64,000 nucleotides of DNA from NCBI GenBank assembly GCA_902605365.1, contig CACLCM010000003.1, forward strand, positions 13,040-77,039. The letters are read 5' to 3'. This document shows positions 9,302 to 18,202 of the stretch, one piece after another. Under the pieces are notes generated by a model, which was given only the letters and a program-made list of their open reading frames with translations, did no database searches and had not been told where the DNA came from. Source of the DNA: an uncultured Candidatus Poseidoniales archaeon (lineage in GTDB: Archaea; Thermoplasmatota; Poseidoniia; Poseidoniales; Poseidoniaceae). Positions within the stretch are counted from its first letter, which is position 1. Every line of letters begins with the position of its first letter. Position numbers and translations under genes: made by a program.

Positions 9302-10894
9302 TCACAGCTCATTTGGAACCGGTGTTTGGTCCATATGTAAGAATGCATAGACCGCCCACCAAGTTACAATGTCCCATGAATGAACTAGGTTGTTAATTCC
9401 TGTCGAGTCATCGGTGCCCATGTAGTCGATCATGGTTTCCATAGTATCACACTCACGGTGATAACATGGATATCCATCGACCAAACCATTCCAACCTAGT
9501 GTAGCGACTCCAATGTTTTGGAACGAGTCGTGGTCACTTCGAGCAGTTGGAGATTCGTAAATCGCCACAGTGTCTTCGTAAATATCTCCCCATAGCGGAC
9601 TTTCGCCACCTTCAAGCCATGCTTCCCTACCACGCTCGATTTCGTTACCGAGGTCTAGTGCATCAGAACCAATCCATTCAGCTAAGTGATACATACCAGG
9701 TTGGTCAATTTCTTCGCCAGTTCCATCAGGTCCCAAATAAACCGAAAGCGCATAATCTCCTGGATAGTTCACTCCCGCCATGTCAAGATTGAGGTAGTTG
9801 CTTACGGTAATTCCGTCAGGCAAGTCGTTTGCGAAAGAACGGGAGCCCCAAAGACCTTCTTCCTCAGACGACCATAAGCAGAATACCATGGTTCTGCGAG
9901 CATCAAATTCTGCCAAAACACTCGCAGTGGTCAGTACCATACTGGAGCCAGCAGCATTGTCGTAAGCACCATGTCTAGTACCATAGCCAGGGACACCAAT
10001 TTGAGCACCAGGCGTGTAGGCTACCGGAGGGGCAATATCGAAGTGAGCGCCAAAAATCAACCATTCATCTGGATAAACCGAACCGATTTTGTAACCACAA
10101 ATATTCACTGCCCAAGCAGTATTTGATTGGAATCTGTGTACTTCCACAGAGTCTAGGCCATAGCCTTGCATTACGCCTTCGAAATAGGTGATTGCGTGCT
10201 CGTAAGAAGGGTTTGCATTACCTATCCAGCGGTCGAGATATCCTACAGCACCATCGGCGCCACAGGTCGCACAAGGAGTATCGTCTGTGATGAAATCAAC
10301 CCAGTCATACACATCTCTTCCGTTCACCCAACCTCCGCTGGCTCCAACGCCATCCGCATCAGTTAGGTCAGACCTCTGGTCTCTCACCGTCTTCAGAGAC
10401 TTGACGACCACTTTACCGCCACTCTCATTGCCCGGAACAACCCACGGCCATTCGCCACCAGTATCTTGATTTTCAACAGCCATTACAGAAGAAGAGCCAT
10501 CACTAACTCCGCTATCCCATGCAGCCCATGAAATATCAGCGGCACGAATTGGCCAGTTCTCTCTACCATAGTCTCCAATTAACAAAAACACATCAGAGTT
10601 TCTTGGAGGGAATAGGATGTTTACTGAAACCGAATCGCCCTGTCTGAGATCAAACACTGTGCCATTTTGGGCTCTCATCGAACCAGGGTCTTGAACGAAG
10701 TAAGGCACGAAGACACTCATGTCGCTATCGGCATCCAACTTGATGACACTCCAATCTCCACCAGTAATGATGTCTGGAGATACGTTCAAGTTACTAGCTG
10801 AAAGACTTCCATTACTCTCATCTTCGCCGAAGCAACCCGACAGTGGAGCAAGAGACATTACGGCGACCATCAGTATAGCACGTGCGGCACCCAT
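9302..10894 (-). CDS. Secreted M28-family aminopeptidase lipoprotein (paralog 2)
   Basis: Lipobox LAPLSGCFGEDES. Motifs FGAHFDIAPP, GAYDNAAGSSMVL, WSSEEEGLWGS, NLDMAG, RSDHDSF. The N-terminal domain is collinear with paralog 1. Confidence 0.85.
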   Translation of the reverse strand: MGAARAILMVAVMSLAPLSGCFGEDESNGSLSASNLNVSPDIITGGDWSVIKLDADSDMSVFVPYFVQDPGSMRAQNGTVFDLRQGDSVSVNILFPPRNSDVFLLIGDYGRENWPIRAADISWAAWDSGVSDGSSSVMAVENQDTGGEWPWVVPGNESGGKVVVKSLKTVRDQRSDLTDADGVGASGGWVNGRDVYDWVDFITDDTPCATCGADGAVGYLDRWIGNANPSYEHAITYFEGVMQGYGLDSVEVHRFQSNTAWAVNICGYKIGSVYPDEWLIFGAHFDIAPPVAYTPGAQIGVPGYGTRHGAYDNAAGSSMVLTTASVLAEFDARRTMVFCLWSSEEEGLWGSRSFANDLPDGITVSNYLNLDMAGVNYPGDYALSVYLGPDGTGEEIDQPGMYHLAEWIGSDALDLGNEIERGREAWLEGGESPLWGDIYEDTVAIYESPTARSDHDSFQNIGVATLGWNGLVDGYPCYHRECDTMETMIDYMGTDDSTGINNLVHSWDIVTWWAVYAFLHMDQTPVPNEL

Positions 10895-10985
10895 AACTCA
10901 CCCGACTCCAATCTTATTGTTGAATCATATGGTCCTAGGTTCATTACCGGTGTGCGGAATGCACTTTCCGGATTTAGGATAAGCG

Positions 10986-10991
10986 TTATAC
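10986..10991 (+). promoter_or_regulatory. TATA-like box (TTATAC) ~30 nt upstream of the ATG at 11016
   Basis: Position relative to the start codon fits an archaeal leaderless transcript. Motif read directly. Confidence 0.35.
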
Positions 10992-11015
10992 ATGGACCAA
11001 CGGCCGGAATAACTG

Positions 11016-11825
11016 ATGGCAACTGTTCGCCTCGACCAAAAATCGCGAGCAATTGTCAGGTCTATTTCAGATTCCTACATCAATGCAATAGCGAGTTACT
11101 TTGGCAGCGGCCCTACCGATATTGCAGTCGCCAAAGCACAACATAAAGCCTATTCAGATGCACTTTCTTCTAATGGAGTAGATGTTACAACTCTAGAAGC
11201 AGACCAGAATCATCCAGATTGTGTATTCGTCGAAGACCAAGCGGTTGTGATTGATGGACACGTTCTCCTCCCAGTTCCTGGCCACGAATCTCGCAGGGGA
11301 GAGCAACCCCCAATTGCAGATTTCCTCGTCGAGCAATTAAAGGGCCATCAGATTTGCAAGATGCAATCTCCAGCAATGATGGATGGAGGAGATATACTCC
11401 GATTAGGCAACCTCTTTTTCGTGGGGCGTTCTACTAGGACAAACGATGCAGGTATTGCAGAATTGAAAGACCTTCTAGACCATTTAGGCCATGAATTAAG
11501 AGTGATTGACATCCCCCCTCATGCACTACACTTGACTAGTATATGTTCTACGCCTTCAGACCAACTAATTTTAGTTCCAGAGGGATATTTGTCTCCGGAA
11601 TCCTTCGGAGTTATGCCGGATGGATGTGAGATAATTATGATGCCTCAAGAGGAAGTTTACGGTTGTAACACAATCGGACTTCCTGGTAACAAAGTGATTT
11701 TGGCAGAAGGCTATCCGACGGTAAAGTCGGAATTAGAAAACAGAGGCTTCGAATGTATCTCTATCGACATGAGCCAGATTAGAGCCGCAGATGGCTCACT
11801 TACTTGTTGCTCAATATTCTATTAG
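11016..11825 (+). CDS. Dimethylarginine dimethylaminohydrolase / amidinotransferase-fold enzyme
   Basis: 269 aa. The C-terminal ADGSLTCCS catalytic-Cys motif and overall length fit the DDAH/arginine deiminase-like fold. Confidence 0.7.
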   Translation: MATVRLDQKSRAIVRSISDSYINAIASYFGSGPTDIAVAKAQHKAYSDALSSNGVDVTTLEADQNHPDCVFVEDQAVVIDGHVLLPVPGHESRRGEQPPIADFLVEQLKGHQICKMQSPAMMDGGDILRLGNLFFVGRSTRTNDAGIAELKDLLDHLGHELRVIDIPPHALHLTSICSTPSDQLILVPEGYLSPESFGVMPDGCEIIMMPQEEVYGCNTIGLPGNKVILAEGYPTVKSELENRGFECISIDMSQIRAADGSLTCCSIFY

Positions 11826-11891
11826 GCCAAATCTGGTCTTATTGTTGCCATCGCACCTTTTGATATATACGCGCAAGGTCGGCAAAGTGCT

Positions 11892-11978
11892 GCAGGGGTC
11901 GCCCAGCTTGGTCAAAGGCGCTGGGATGAGGTCCCAGTCCGTAATGGTTCGCAGGTTCAAATCCTGCCCTCTGCACCA
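11892..11978 (+). tRNA. tRNA-Leu (anticodon GAG), class II with a long variable arm and encoded CCA
   Basis: Acceptor GCAGGGG/CCTCTGC. Anticodon stem CTGGG/CCCAG with loop AUGAGGU. Variable arm CCGTAATGG. T-arm GCAGG-TTCAAAT-CCTGC. Discriminator A plus CCA. Confidence 0.9.
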
Positions 11979-11990
11979 TAGATAATTCCG

Positions 11991-12072
11991 AGCAGAGGGT
12001 AGTGTCTGACAAGAACCACTGCGAGCCCATTGATTTACCAATACCTAAGCAATGGGTGTTCGGATACACCCT
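11991..12072 (+). repeat. ~80-nt intergenic repeat, copy A (13 nt after the tRNA-Leu 3' end)
   Basis: AGCAGAGGGTAGTGTCTGACAAGAACCACTGCGAGCCCATTGATT..ACCTAAGCAATGGGTGTTCGGATACACCC. About 80-85 % identical by eye to copy B at 28583-28663, same orientation. Confidence 0.85.
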
Positions 12073-12168
12073 CTGAACCAATCGTAATGCAATAATGTCG
12101 GAGAATCATTTAACTGTTGACTGTTTAGGCGAAATTATCTTTCTATTGATTATTTTAGGTGATTGGGT

Positions 12169-12822
12169 ATGGGTGTTGCAAAAAAGAAAGGGTATCAATT
12201 ATCTATTAATTTAGAAAACGGACAAAAATATTCAATGATGTTTGTTGAAGGAACACTAGGTGATATGAAAAAACATCATCACATCTTTGAAAAACTGAGT
12301 TCAGCAACGAACTCAGAAAACATACTCAGCAAAAAAAGGACGGGAAAGAACGATTTCACTCAACAGAATAATGCTGCGAAATTGTTTCTGAATTCGGCAG
12401 ATTCTCTTCGAATAGCCACAAAAGGAGAAAAAACATTCCTTTCATACAAAATGAGCAAAATACGCATTCTTGCGTGGTCGCCAATTTTTGTATGGTTGCT
12501 GGGCTTGAGTTTACCACTTACAATAGAAGGAATTCATTCAATTATTTTCTCAAACGACTATTGGCTTCTGGATTCCGAGGTCTTCGCTGCTCTATGGATT
12601 GTTCCTTTTGTCCCAGCACTGATTTTTTCTGTGATTGGGTATTTTGTGCCGGGTGGAGGTTTACCCGTTCGTATGAGCAGGGTAGTTATCGATATGTCTG
12701 ACAGTTCCATTACATGGGAGCACAAGTCTTGGCCGAGATTTTTCACTAAAAAAGAGACAATTAAGCTACCTGTGAATATGTCGTTTGATTCTGGATTCTA
12801 CACGTATTTTGATGAAAGTTGA
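12169..12822 (+). CDS. Hypothetical membrane protein (two predicted TM helices)
   Basis: ATG at 12169 (ORF opens at TTG 12163). Hydrophobic stretches ILAWSPIFVWLLGLSLPL and VFAALWIVPFVPALIFSVIGYFV. No recognisable family. Confidence 0.55.
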   Translation: MGVAKKKGYQLSINLENGQKYSMMFVEGTLGDMKKHHHIFEKLSSATNSENILSKKRTGKNDFTQQNNAAKLFLNSADSLRIATKGEKTFLSYKMSKIRILAWSPIFVWLLGLSLPLTIEGIHSIIFSNDYWLLDSEVFAALWIVPFVPALIFSVIGYFVPGGGLPVRMSRVVIDMSDSSITWEHKSWPRFFTKKETIKLPVNMSFDSGFYTYFDES

Positions 12823-12895
12823 GCAAAGGGCCCCCTTTGCTTGGACGTATGAGCAATGGGTACCCCCTGATTCGTACTACTTAATCAGTGGGCTT
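12823..12895 (+). repeat. Intergenic repeat copy F: perfect palindrome GCAAAGGG-CC-CCCTTTGC, then GCAATGGGTA and a CTGATT..AATCAG inverted repeat
   Basis: The palindrome (12823-12840) starts at the first base after the stop codon. GAGCAATGGGTACCCCCTGATTCGTACTACTTAATCAGTGGG follows. Confidence 0.75.
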
Positions 12896-12905
12896 TTCAC
12901 CTATT

Positions 12906-14540
12906 TCAATCCCTATTGAGGAGAGCATATCGAACTCCTCTCCTCTGTCCGGCTTTTACTAATAAACCTTCAATTTCCATGCTTTTGATGACCATATCAA
13001 GCACCTTTTCAACAATATCTTCATCATATGAGGGGTTTTGAAATTTCGCCAATTTTCGAAGTTGGCCTTTTGTATGTGCATCAAGCCCCTTCATCATCGC
13101 AGAATTGGTATCATCATCCCATTCTTCGAAGGGCCAGTCCACCACATTCAGGAGATTTGTCAATAAATCCCTGATAATAATAGGCAGTTGCCAAGGGCCC
13201 ATTTGGACATCTTCTTCAGCAATGCTTGGTTGATTTTTCCGAACAATTGCCAAGATTTCCGAACCATATTTATTCACTTTATAGGCACCAATTTCAAAAT
13301 CCATCAATTCTTCATAAGTCAATGGCTGTCGATTGTAAATCTTGATTATATGATCGTCTGACAAAATCTGGAAAGGATATTCGAGATTGGGGTCTGCTTC
13401 AAATGTCTCTGTTCTCCAGCTAAACAAATCGCCCCTCCATACGTATGAGGCTCGGGGTTTTTCGTTTTCGGCTTCCGATATTTTCTTCAGTACTCTTTTG
13501 ATTGAATTTTGGAATCCTTTGCCATTATTATCTTCTGCATAAATCAATTCTAAGGTCTGTTTGGAATGGGCTCTGAGATTCACTAAAGCACCCTCAACCC
13601 TATCCCTTGAATCACGGTAACCTGGACCATCTAGACGTGCAAATTTCCGTAGTTTGTCAATCAATGGAAGAATATGCTGCTCACCACCCTCCTTTCCAAT
13701 GATTCTATACGGGGCAGAAATTCCAACTTCTTCGTCCATTGCGTTTTCACAATATTCTAACAGTTCGGGATATTGCTGCTCATGCATTGTAGTTAGAACG
13801 AGATAGCACTGGAAATTATCTCCCATGAAATCTAGCATAGGTGCAATCACACGCTCTTCGTTCAAATGCCGCAAAATCTTCAATTTATCTTCTATATCTT
13901 CCCCATTACCCAAAATTTGAGTTATTTTATCAAAAACAGCATCTTTTACGCTTTGCTCGAGATAGATGCGGTTTCGAAGTTCATCATTGTATACATTTTT
14001 TCGGTGCAATTCATTATTAGATGCTGAGCCAGAAATATCCACTAGAGAACTAATAGCAAATTCAGATAGGCGATCAAAGCTCAAATCATATCCTGAAACA
14101 ATTGGTTCAGTGAATTTCAGGAGAGTGAGAACTGAATCTGGATGATTTAACTTCCCAAGTAAAAGTACGCCATCATTCAGCATTTGCAATCTTTTTCGAT
14201 CATCATTCTGATCCATGATTTTCTCTGAATTCATTTCAAGGCACAGACATACGTTTCTCACAGGAAGGTCATCAGGGACAGGAATCTCAGTATCTGCCCT
14301 CCAAGCCAATGTATACATCAAGGATATGATTGGTGCTTGTTCATCTAACGATGTGCATCCGGCCAATTTTTCCGCTAATATACGAATACCTTCCCAAGGA
14401 ACCTTGATGAGTTTTTCTTCAGCAGCTCTCTGCTCTTCCCAAACATTCCAATCTGAATTTAGAGCAACCTCAACGAGTGGGAGCAGGTCCTGTGCCATGA
14501 CTTGTCTTGTTCCGGACCGGTATACAAACCATTGCCTCAA
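12906..14540 (-). CDS. Hypothetical protein, 544 aa, possible C-terminal winged helix
   Basis: Long uninterrupted ORF. The C-terminus IEGLLVKAGQRRGVRYALL looks wHTH-like. No catalytic motif recognised. Alternative start at 14498. Confidence 0.6.
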   Translation of the reverse strand: MRQWFVYRSGTRQVMAQDLLPLVEVALNSDWNVWEEQRAAEEKLIKVPWEGIRILAEKLAGCTSLDEQAPIISLMYTLAWRADTEIPVPDDLPVRNVCLCLEMNSEKIMDQNDDRKRLQMLNDGVLLLGKLNHPDSVLTLLKFTEPIVSGYDLSFDRLSEFAISSLVDISGSASNNELHRKNVYNDELRNRIYLEQSVKDAVFDKITQILGNGEDIEDKLKILRHLNEERVIAPMLDFMGDNFQCYLVLTTMHEQQYPELLEYCENAMDEEVGISAPYRIIGKEGGEQHILPLIDKLRKFARLDGPGYRDSRDRVEGALVNLRAHSKQTLELIYAEDNNGKGFQNSIKRVLKKISEAENEKPRASYVWRGDLFSWRTETFEADPNLEYPFQILSDDHIIKIYNRQPLTYEELMDFEIGAYKVNKYGSEILAIVRKNQPSIAEEDVQMGPWQLPIIIRDLLTNLLNVVDWPFEEWDDDTNSAMMKGLDAHTKGQLRKLAKFQNPSYDEDIVEKVLDMVIKSMEIEGLLVKAGQRRGVRYALLNRD

Positions 14541-14595
14541 TTATATGGCGTCATCCAATAGTGATACATTGTTTGCAGAGGGTTAAGCATGTCAC

Positions 14596-14690
14596 TCAAT
14601 GGGCACAACCAGTGACTAGCGTCTGACAAGACCCACTGCTCAGCCTTAGATTTGCTATTAACTTAGCAATGGGTACTTGGATTAACCCAT
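14596..14690 (+). repeat. ~80-nt intergenic repeat, copy C (between divergent orphan genes)
   Basis: TCAATGGGCACAACCAGTGACTAGCGTCTGACAAGACCCACTGCTCAGCCTTAGATT..ACTTAGCAATGGGTACTTGGATTAACCCAT is collinear with copies A and B. Confidence 0.85.
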
Positions 14691-14716
14691 AGAAAATAGT
14701 TGCGAATTAATATAAT

Positions 14717-15514
14717 ATGATTTTTCTGTGTTACAACATGCCTAGACACTTGAAACCAGTAGACCTCAAAGGCTGGGTCCCAATGAACCCAAAGTCGTTC
14801 GACATTAGAAACTTGGAATGGGTTGATGATGCTAGATTTGAGTACTTGGGCGAATTTATAGGACAGAAGATAATGAATCACATCTCAAAAAAAATTGGCT
14901 GGGTTAATACACCGTTTCCTGAAATGAAAAGATCCCTACATAAGAGGGTTCAAGATTCAATATCTGGTAGAGCGGCCCCCTATTATCTTCGAAATCCTAC
15001 TGCAAAACCAAATCATAACCCAACTTACAAACGATTGATCCAATTTTCTCCAGTTAATTATCACGCTAACTATTGTCAATTTTACTTTGAAGTTTACTTC
15101 GAAGGTGCAGATGCTTTCGATGGAGACGACCCCCATTCAAAACTTAAACCAAAAATAAATCCACCTGTGAACAAAGATGAGATTGTAATTTTTATCGGCA
15201 TTTATGCTGAAAAGGATGAGATGGTTTCATGGGCTGAACAAATCAAAGATTGTGAGGAAATAGAAGCTCTTGCTCATTTTGACCATGTTAATGAATTGAT
15301 TCAAAAACTTAGCGAGATAGATGTTAATGAGTATTTAGAATATGAGCCCTATGTCGTAATTTCAGATATAGTTAGTCGCTACAGAGTACAATTAATCAGA
15401 CAAAGTTTACATGAAAATGATTGGAATGGAAATATAGATTCTATTCTCGACAAGATTATGAGTCCAATATTGACCTATTTCACAGAAATTGGAAATTTAC
15501 AGGTTTCTGGATAA
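14717..15514 (+). CDS. Hypothetical protein, 265 aa
   Basis: Uninterrupted ORF with no recognisable domain. Flanked on both sides by repeat copies. Confidence 0.55.
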   Translation: MIFLCYNMPRHLKPVDLKGWVPMNPKSFDIRNLEWVDDARFEYLGEFIGQKIMNHISKKIGWVNTPFPEMKRSLHKRVQDSISGRAAPYYLRNPTAKPNHNPTYKRLIQFSPVNYHANYCQFYFEVYFEGADAFDGDDPHSKLKPKINPPVNKDEIVIFIGIYAEKDEMVSWAEQIKDCEEIEALAHFDHVNELIQKLSEIDVNEYLEYEPYVVISDIVSRYRVQLIRQSLHENDWNGNIDSILDKIMSPILTYFTEIGNLQVSG

Positions 15515-15526
15515 TTTCAAAAATTT

Positions 15527-15600
15527 GCAGACGGGGGCCCTTTGCACACCCTTCTTGGCAATGGGTAGCGTCTGTACTGGGGGACTGAACACCCATTGTA
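15527..15600 (+). repeat. Intergenic repeat copy E, with an 8-bp stem CAATGGGT / ACCCATTG around GGGTAGCGTCTG
   Basis: GCAGACGGGGGCCCTTTGCACACCCTTCTTGGCAATGGGTAGCGTCTGTACTGGGGGACTGAACACCCATTG. Confidence 0.75.
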
Positions 15601-15844
15601 CTTCTCCATAATGTCTTGAGGGGTATTAGAGAACCCTCACGATTTCACGGGAATGATATGTCGGTTGTCTGTATCAACCCACAAGAGACGGTGTGAATTT
15701 TTCTAGAATGTTTGAGGGCTTTCTGTTCGACGCAATTATTGAATTCTTTAGAAACCTCTAACCTTTATACCAAAGGTGAGACTCAACATTCTTCTTACGA
15801 TATCAATACGAATATTGAAAAAAGAAGGGCATGTGGTGGAAAAA

Positions 15845-18202
15845 ATGGTAAATATACCCAACCAAATTAAAATTGGTGTAATTGTTGCCACGCAGGATAG
15901 ACCAGAGTTACTTTCCAAGAGGTCAATCCCTTCAATTCTGGGGCAATCTCGCCCTCCTGATTTTCTTATTGTAGTGGATGATTCTCAATTAGAAGAAAAT
16001 TGCAAATTCAATGAACGCTACATAAAATCCATCGATACAGATAATATAAATGTTGCAATCATTCGAAATCATCGCACACCAGGTGCATGTGGTTCTTGGA
16101 ATACAGGTATTGATTGGATTTTTAGACAACATACAGCACCTCAATTCACCTACGTAGCAATTCTTGATGATGATGATTCGTGGCTTCCTAATTATCTTGA
16201 CAACTGCATGAACCAGTGTATATCGGGTAATTTTGATATGGTTGCAGCCGGTATTCAACGCTTCGAATCAGAACACATAAAACCAGTGATATACCCTGCC
16301 CCCTCTACCATTTATGCAGACGATTTTCTTGTAGGAAACGGGGGAATACAAGGTTCAAACATTTTTATTCGAATGAGCGCAATGCTCATGGCAGGTTGTT
16401 TCGATGAGTCATTAAGTAGTACCACTGATCGTGATCTTTGCATCCGTATTGCTGACCTCGGGACAGTCACTTACACTCCAATACCGTTAAATTTAGTGAA
16501 ACATTATGCCGAACTAGATCGACCTCGTTTAACATCAAAGGGGTCGAACGCTAAACTTTCCGGACTGACGGTTTTTTGGATGAAATACTATGGGAGGATG
16601 GACAACCATCAACGAGAGCAATTCAAGGAACGTGCTGAACGACTCTTTTCTTGGCACCCGCCCATCAAGAATCTCTCTGCATCTCAAGCAAAGAGCAAGA
16701 GTAACTTACGCCCATATGCAGCCCCATGGATTGCGCCAGTCCCTCCCACTCGCACACCATTTTCTCTCGTCATCGGAGTGATAACTTCTGAACCTAGAAC
16801 ATTATGGCCACTTTTGCAGAGCATCCACGTCCAAAGCCTCGGGGCACGGGTTCTCGTGCTCGACAACGGATGTCCCTCGATTGAATTGAATAAAATGATG
16901 AAAAAAGTCACTCAAATAGATTTGGAAGTAAACATCATTGGCCAACAACAACAGCAGGATGATGCAACAAGCGGATTATTCGGTCAGCCCTACAAACAGC
17001 GACCGCTTGGGCAAGTGGGCATTGCTCAAGCACGAACAATGATTCAACGCTATTTAGGCCGTGAACTTGCTAGGAATACTGATTCTATTGGTTGGCTCAT
17101 GGACGATGATATGAGAATTGACAAACGTGCAAAATCTTTCATAGCCTGGTTGCCCATTCTGCGTGAAGCAGGTGTAGATGTAGTTCTTGGCGCATATGAA
17201 GGATCTTCTCCGAACCCTCCTATAAATGGACTAAGAGTTCAATTGGTCGATCTTTTTCATAATCTAAATTGGTTGAAAGGACTTGAACCGGGTGAACTGC
17301 TACCTGATCGGACAGCTGAGAACAAACTTGCTCGCCTACATTGCCCCGACTATTATTACGACCTGTCGAGAAAGCATACATCGCACCTTGAAAAGCCTCA
17401 TTGGGTCGAGAAGATGGTTGAGCATGAAACGGTGATGGAAGCACGAAATCGACTTCTTGAAGGGGCAAACGAACTGATCTTTGGGCATCCACTCACCAGG
17501 CCATTGGTAGCAAATACTCCAAGCGACCCATTGATTGAGATCAAAGATTCGGTAAACCGTGGAGGTACCACCTTCATACTCAATCACACCACACTCACTT
17601 TGACTCCAAATCCCAAATACCAGATAGGCGGGCAAGAGGCTAGACGCTCAGACATGATGTGGGCAATTGTGAATAGATACTTCCGCGGTTTTTCTGTAAA
17701 GGCTGTTGGTTTCCCGGTAGACCATATCGCTCGTAACTCACTAAAGGCTGAACTCAATGTTCCGAAAGTAAAAGCAGAAATAGTCGGATCAGCAATGTAT
17801 GCTGGACTCATGTTTTTTCTAGCAAACAATCCGTCTCATTCCCTTGCATTTACCAAAAAAGATATTTCTGAAATTCAATCCTTTATCGAACAGAATCTTT
17901 TAGACAGGATGTTTCAACTCGAGATGAGTTTTTACCGAATCCGTGGCCTCCATCGATCACTTAAGGAAAACTTCGATGAACCGCTAATTCAACCTTTGAT
18001 GAATCAGCTTGGGGACTTGTTTAGCGATGAAAAGTGGTCGAATCTGCATCAAGAGGTTATGCAACACCTCACTTCCGATAATGCAGAATTTCTTACGACA
18101 ATCCGAGATGTAGCAGATGATTACGCTGCCTCTGATTTTGAAAGTGGTTTTAAGAATGAACAGAAATTGGAAAGGTTTGATAGTGATGTTGGAACTGAAT
18201 AA
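15845..18202 (+). CDS. Two-domain family-2 (GT-A) glycosyltransferase
   Basis: IGVIVATQDRPELL..FLIVVDDS and ILDDDDSWLP (DxD) in the N-terminal half. A second GT-A-like module has LVIGVITSEP..VLVLDNG and LMDDDM. ATG at 15845 preferred over the GTG at 15776. Confidence 0.75.
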   Translation: MVNIPNQIKIGVIVATQDRPELLSKRSIPSILGQSRPPDFLIVVDDSQLEENCKFNERYIKSIDTDNINVAIIRNHRTPGACGSWNTGIDWIFRQHTAPQFTYVAILDDDDSWLPNYLDNCMNQCISGNFDMVAAGIQRFESEHIKPVIYPAPSTIYADDFLVGNGGIQGSNIFIRMSAMLMAGCFDESLSSTTDRDLCIRIADLGTVTYTPIPLNLVKHYAELDRPRLTSKGSNAKLSGLTVFWMKYYGRMDNHQREQFKERAERLFSWHPPIKNLSASQAKSKSNLRPYAAPWIAPVPPTRTPFSLVIGVITSEPRTLWPLLQSIHVQSLGARVLVLDNGCPSIELNKMMKKVTQIDLEVNIIGQQQQQDDATSGLFGQPYKQRPLGQVGIAQARTMIQRYLGRELARNTDSIGWLMDDDMRIDKRAKSFIAWLPILREAGVDVVLGAYEGSSPNPPINGLRVQLVDLFHNLNWLKGLEPGELLPDRTAENKLARLHCPDYYYDLSRKHTSHLEKPHWVEKMVEHETVMEARNRLLEGANELIFGHPLTRPLVANTPSDPLIEIKDSVNRGGTTFILNHTTLTLTPNPKYQIGGQEARRSDMMWAIVNRYFRGFSVKAVGFPVDHIARNSLKAELNVPKVKAEIVGSAMYAGLMFFLANNPSHSLAFTKKDISEIQSFIEQNLLDRMFQLEMSFYRIRGLHRSLKENFDEPLIQPLMNQLGDLFSDEKWSNLHQEVMQHLTSDNAEFLTTIRDVADDYAASDFESGFKNEQKLERFDSDVGTE

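Noticed and set aside
11811-12081. Two minus-strand ORFs (76 and 80 aa) in the ORF track
   Set aside because: They run antisense across tRNA-Leu and repeat copy A. Their peptide similarity to the N-terminal extension at 28500-28712 simply reflects the repeated DNA.
15763-15770. CTTTATAC as the promoter of the glycosyltransferase operon
   Set aside because: It lies only ~8 nt from the GTG at 15776 and ~75 nt from the preferred ATG at 15845, so the spacing fits neither start.
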